Source: a virus (Duplodnaviria; Heunggongvirae; Uroviricota; Caudoviricetes). Taken from it: a stretch of 64,000 nucleotides of DNA. A program made the translations under genes and the position numbers. Below are positions 63,737 to 64,000 of the stretch, piece after piece. The stretch lies in the IMG/VR virus record IMGVR_UViG_3300031413_000001; one strand, given 5' to 3'. The notes under the pieces were generated by a model. The model searched no databases. It worked only from the letters and a program-made list of their open reading frames with translations, and was not told where the DNA came from. Every line of letters starts with the position of its first letter. Position 1 is the first letter of the stretch.

Positions 63737-64000
63737 TTATTCAGTGGGTTCCTCGGGCATCAAGTCCTTGACCAGAACATGCTTGATATTCTTCACCGCA
63801 GTTTCGTTGAACTCCTCGAGTACCTCGGGACCAAAGACCAGCTTGCCAGGATAGCCCTCGCGGGGCATCTTTCCACCACGCATCAGCGTAACGTGGGGCC
63901 GTAGGATGTTTGAATGATCCATTGTGGGCAGGAGTGCTGCGAGCTCCTCGTGGCGTTCCTTGACTGCGGGATGGCCGAAGCTGATAGCTTTCGCGATGTA
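63737..64000 (-). CDS. partial (C-terminal half) 2H phosphoesterase, Acb1/T4 gp57B-like
   Basis: frame open to window edge: ...ERHEEL...DH...RPHVTL...GKLVFGPEVLEEF. Confidence 0.6.
   Translation of the reverse strand, partial: YIAKAISFGHPAVKERHEELAALLPTMDHSNILRPHVTLMRGGKMPREGYPGKLVFGPEVLEEFNETAVKNIKHVLVKDLMPEEPTE

Noticed and set aside
1-64000. Bacterial chromosome origin suggested by gltX, trpS and nadE
   Set aside because: These genes are isolated among about 120 small hypothetical ORFs with repeated phage-style promoters and no housekeeping operons.
1-64000. tRNA, rRNA or tmRNA genes
   Set aside because: No cloverleaf with T-loop and acceptor stem was found in the short intergenic gaps by eye; tRNAscan/ARAGORN would be decisive.

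Overview
This 64-kb window looks like the accessory/early region of a large (jumbo-type) lytic dsDNA phage of a GC-rich alphaproteobacterium, probably Sphingomonas- or Caulobacter-like (inference). Genes are dense, small and mostly hypothetical. They run on + from 1 to ~25.3 kb (except a 4-gene late/virion module at 2.9-7.9 kb) and on - from ~25.3 kb to the end. Recognisable host-like genes: RelA/SpoT-type HD hydrolase, Bfd, Pth2, GNATs, a DEDD exonuclease, two WGR proteins, acyl-CoA thioesterase, GluRS, TrpRS, TPM protein, outer-membrane barrel, lone GAF and receiver domains, LMW-PTP, SleB hydrolase, YkgJ, 2OG-Fe(II) oxygenase, NadE, an NMNAT-PRTase fusion, MazG-like, L,D-transpeptidase and a partial Acb1-like 2H phosphoesterase. 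Most notable: (1) a candidate NAD+ rebuilding pathway unlike NARP1/NARP2; (2) about 40 copies of a promoter/leader/RBS element that cuts the region into gene cassettes, often with a variable-sequence inverted repeat across the -10 box; (3) at least 10 small proteins sharing a C-terminal A-x-x-F-K-L motif; (4) a divergent gene pair whose coding strands almost lack CC; (5) a CtrA box ahead of a secreted amyloid-like gene pair; (6) a candidate structured ncRNA. No tRNA, rRNA, CRISPR array, integrase or transposase was seen. All family calls are by-eye motif recognition, not database searches.
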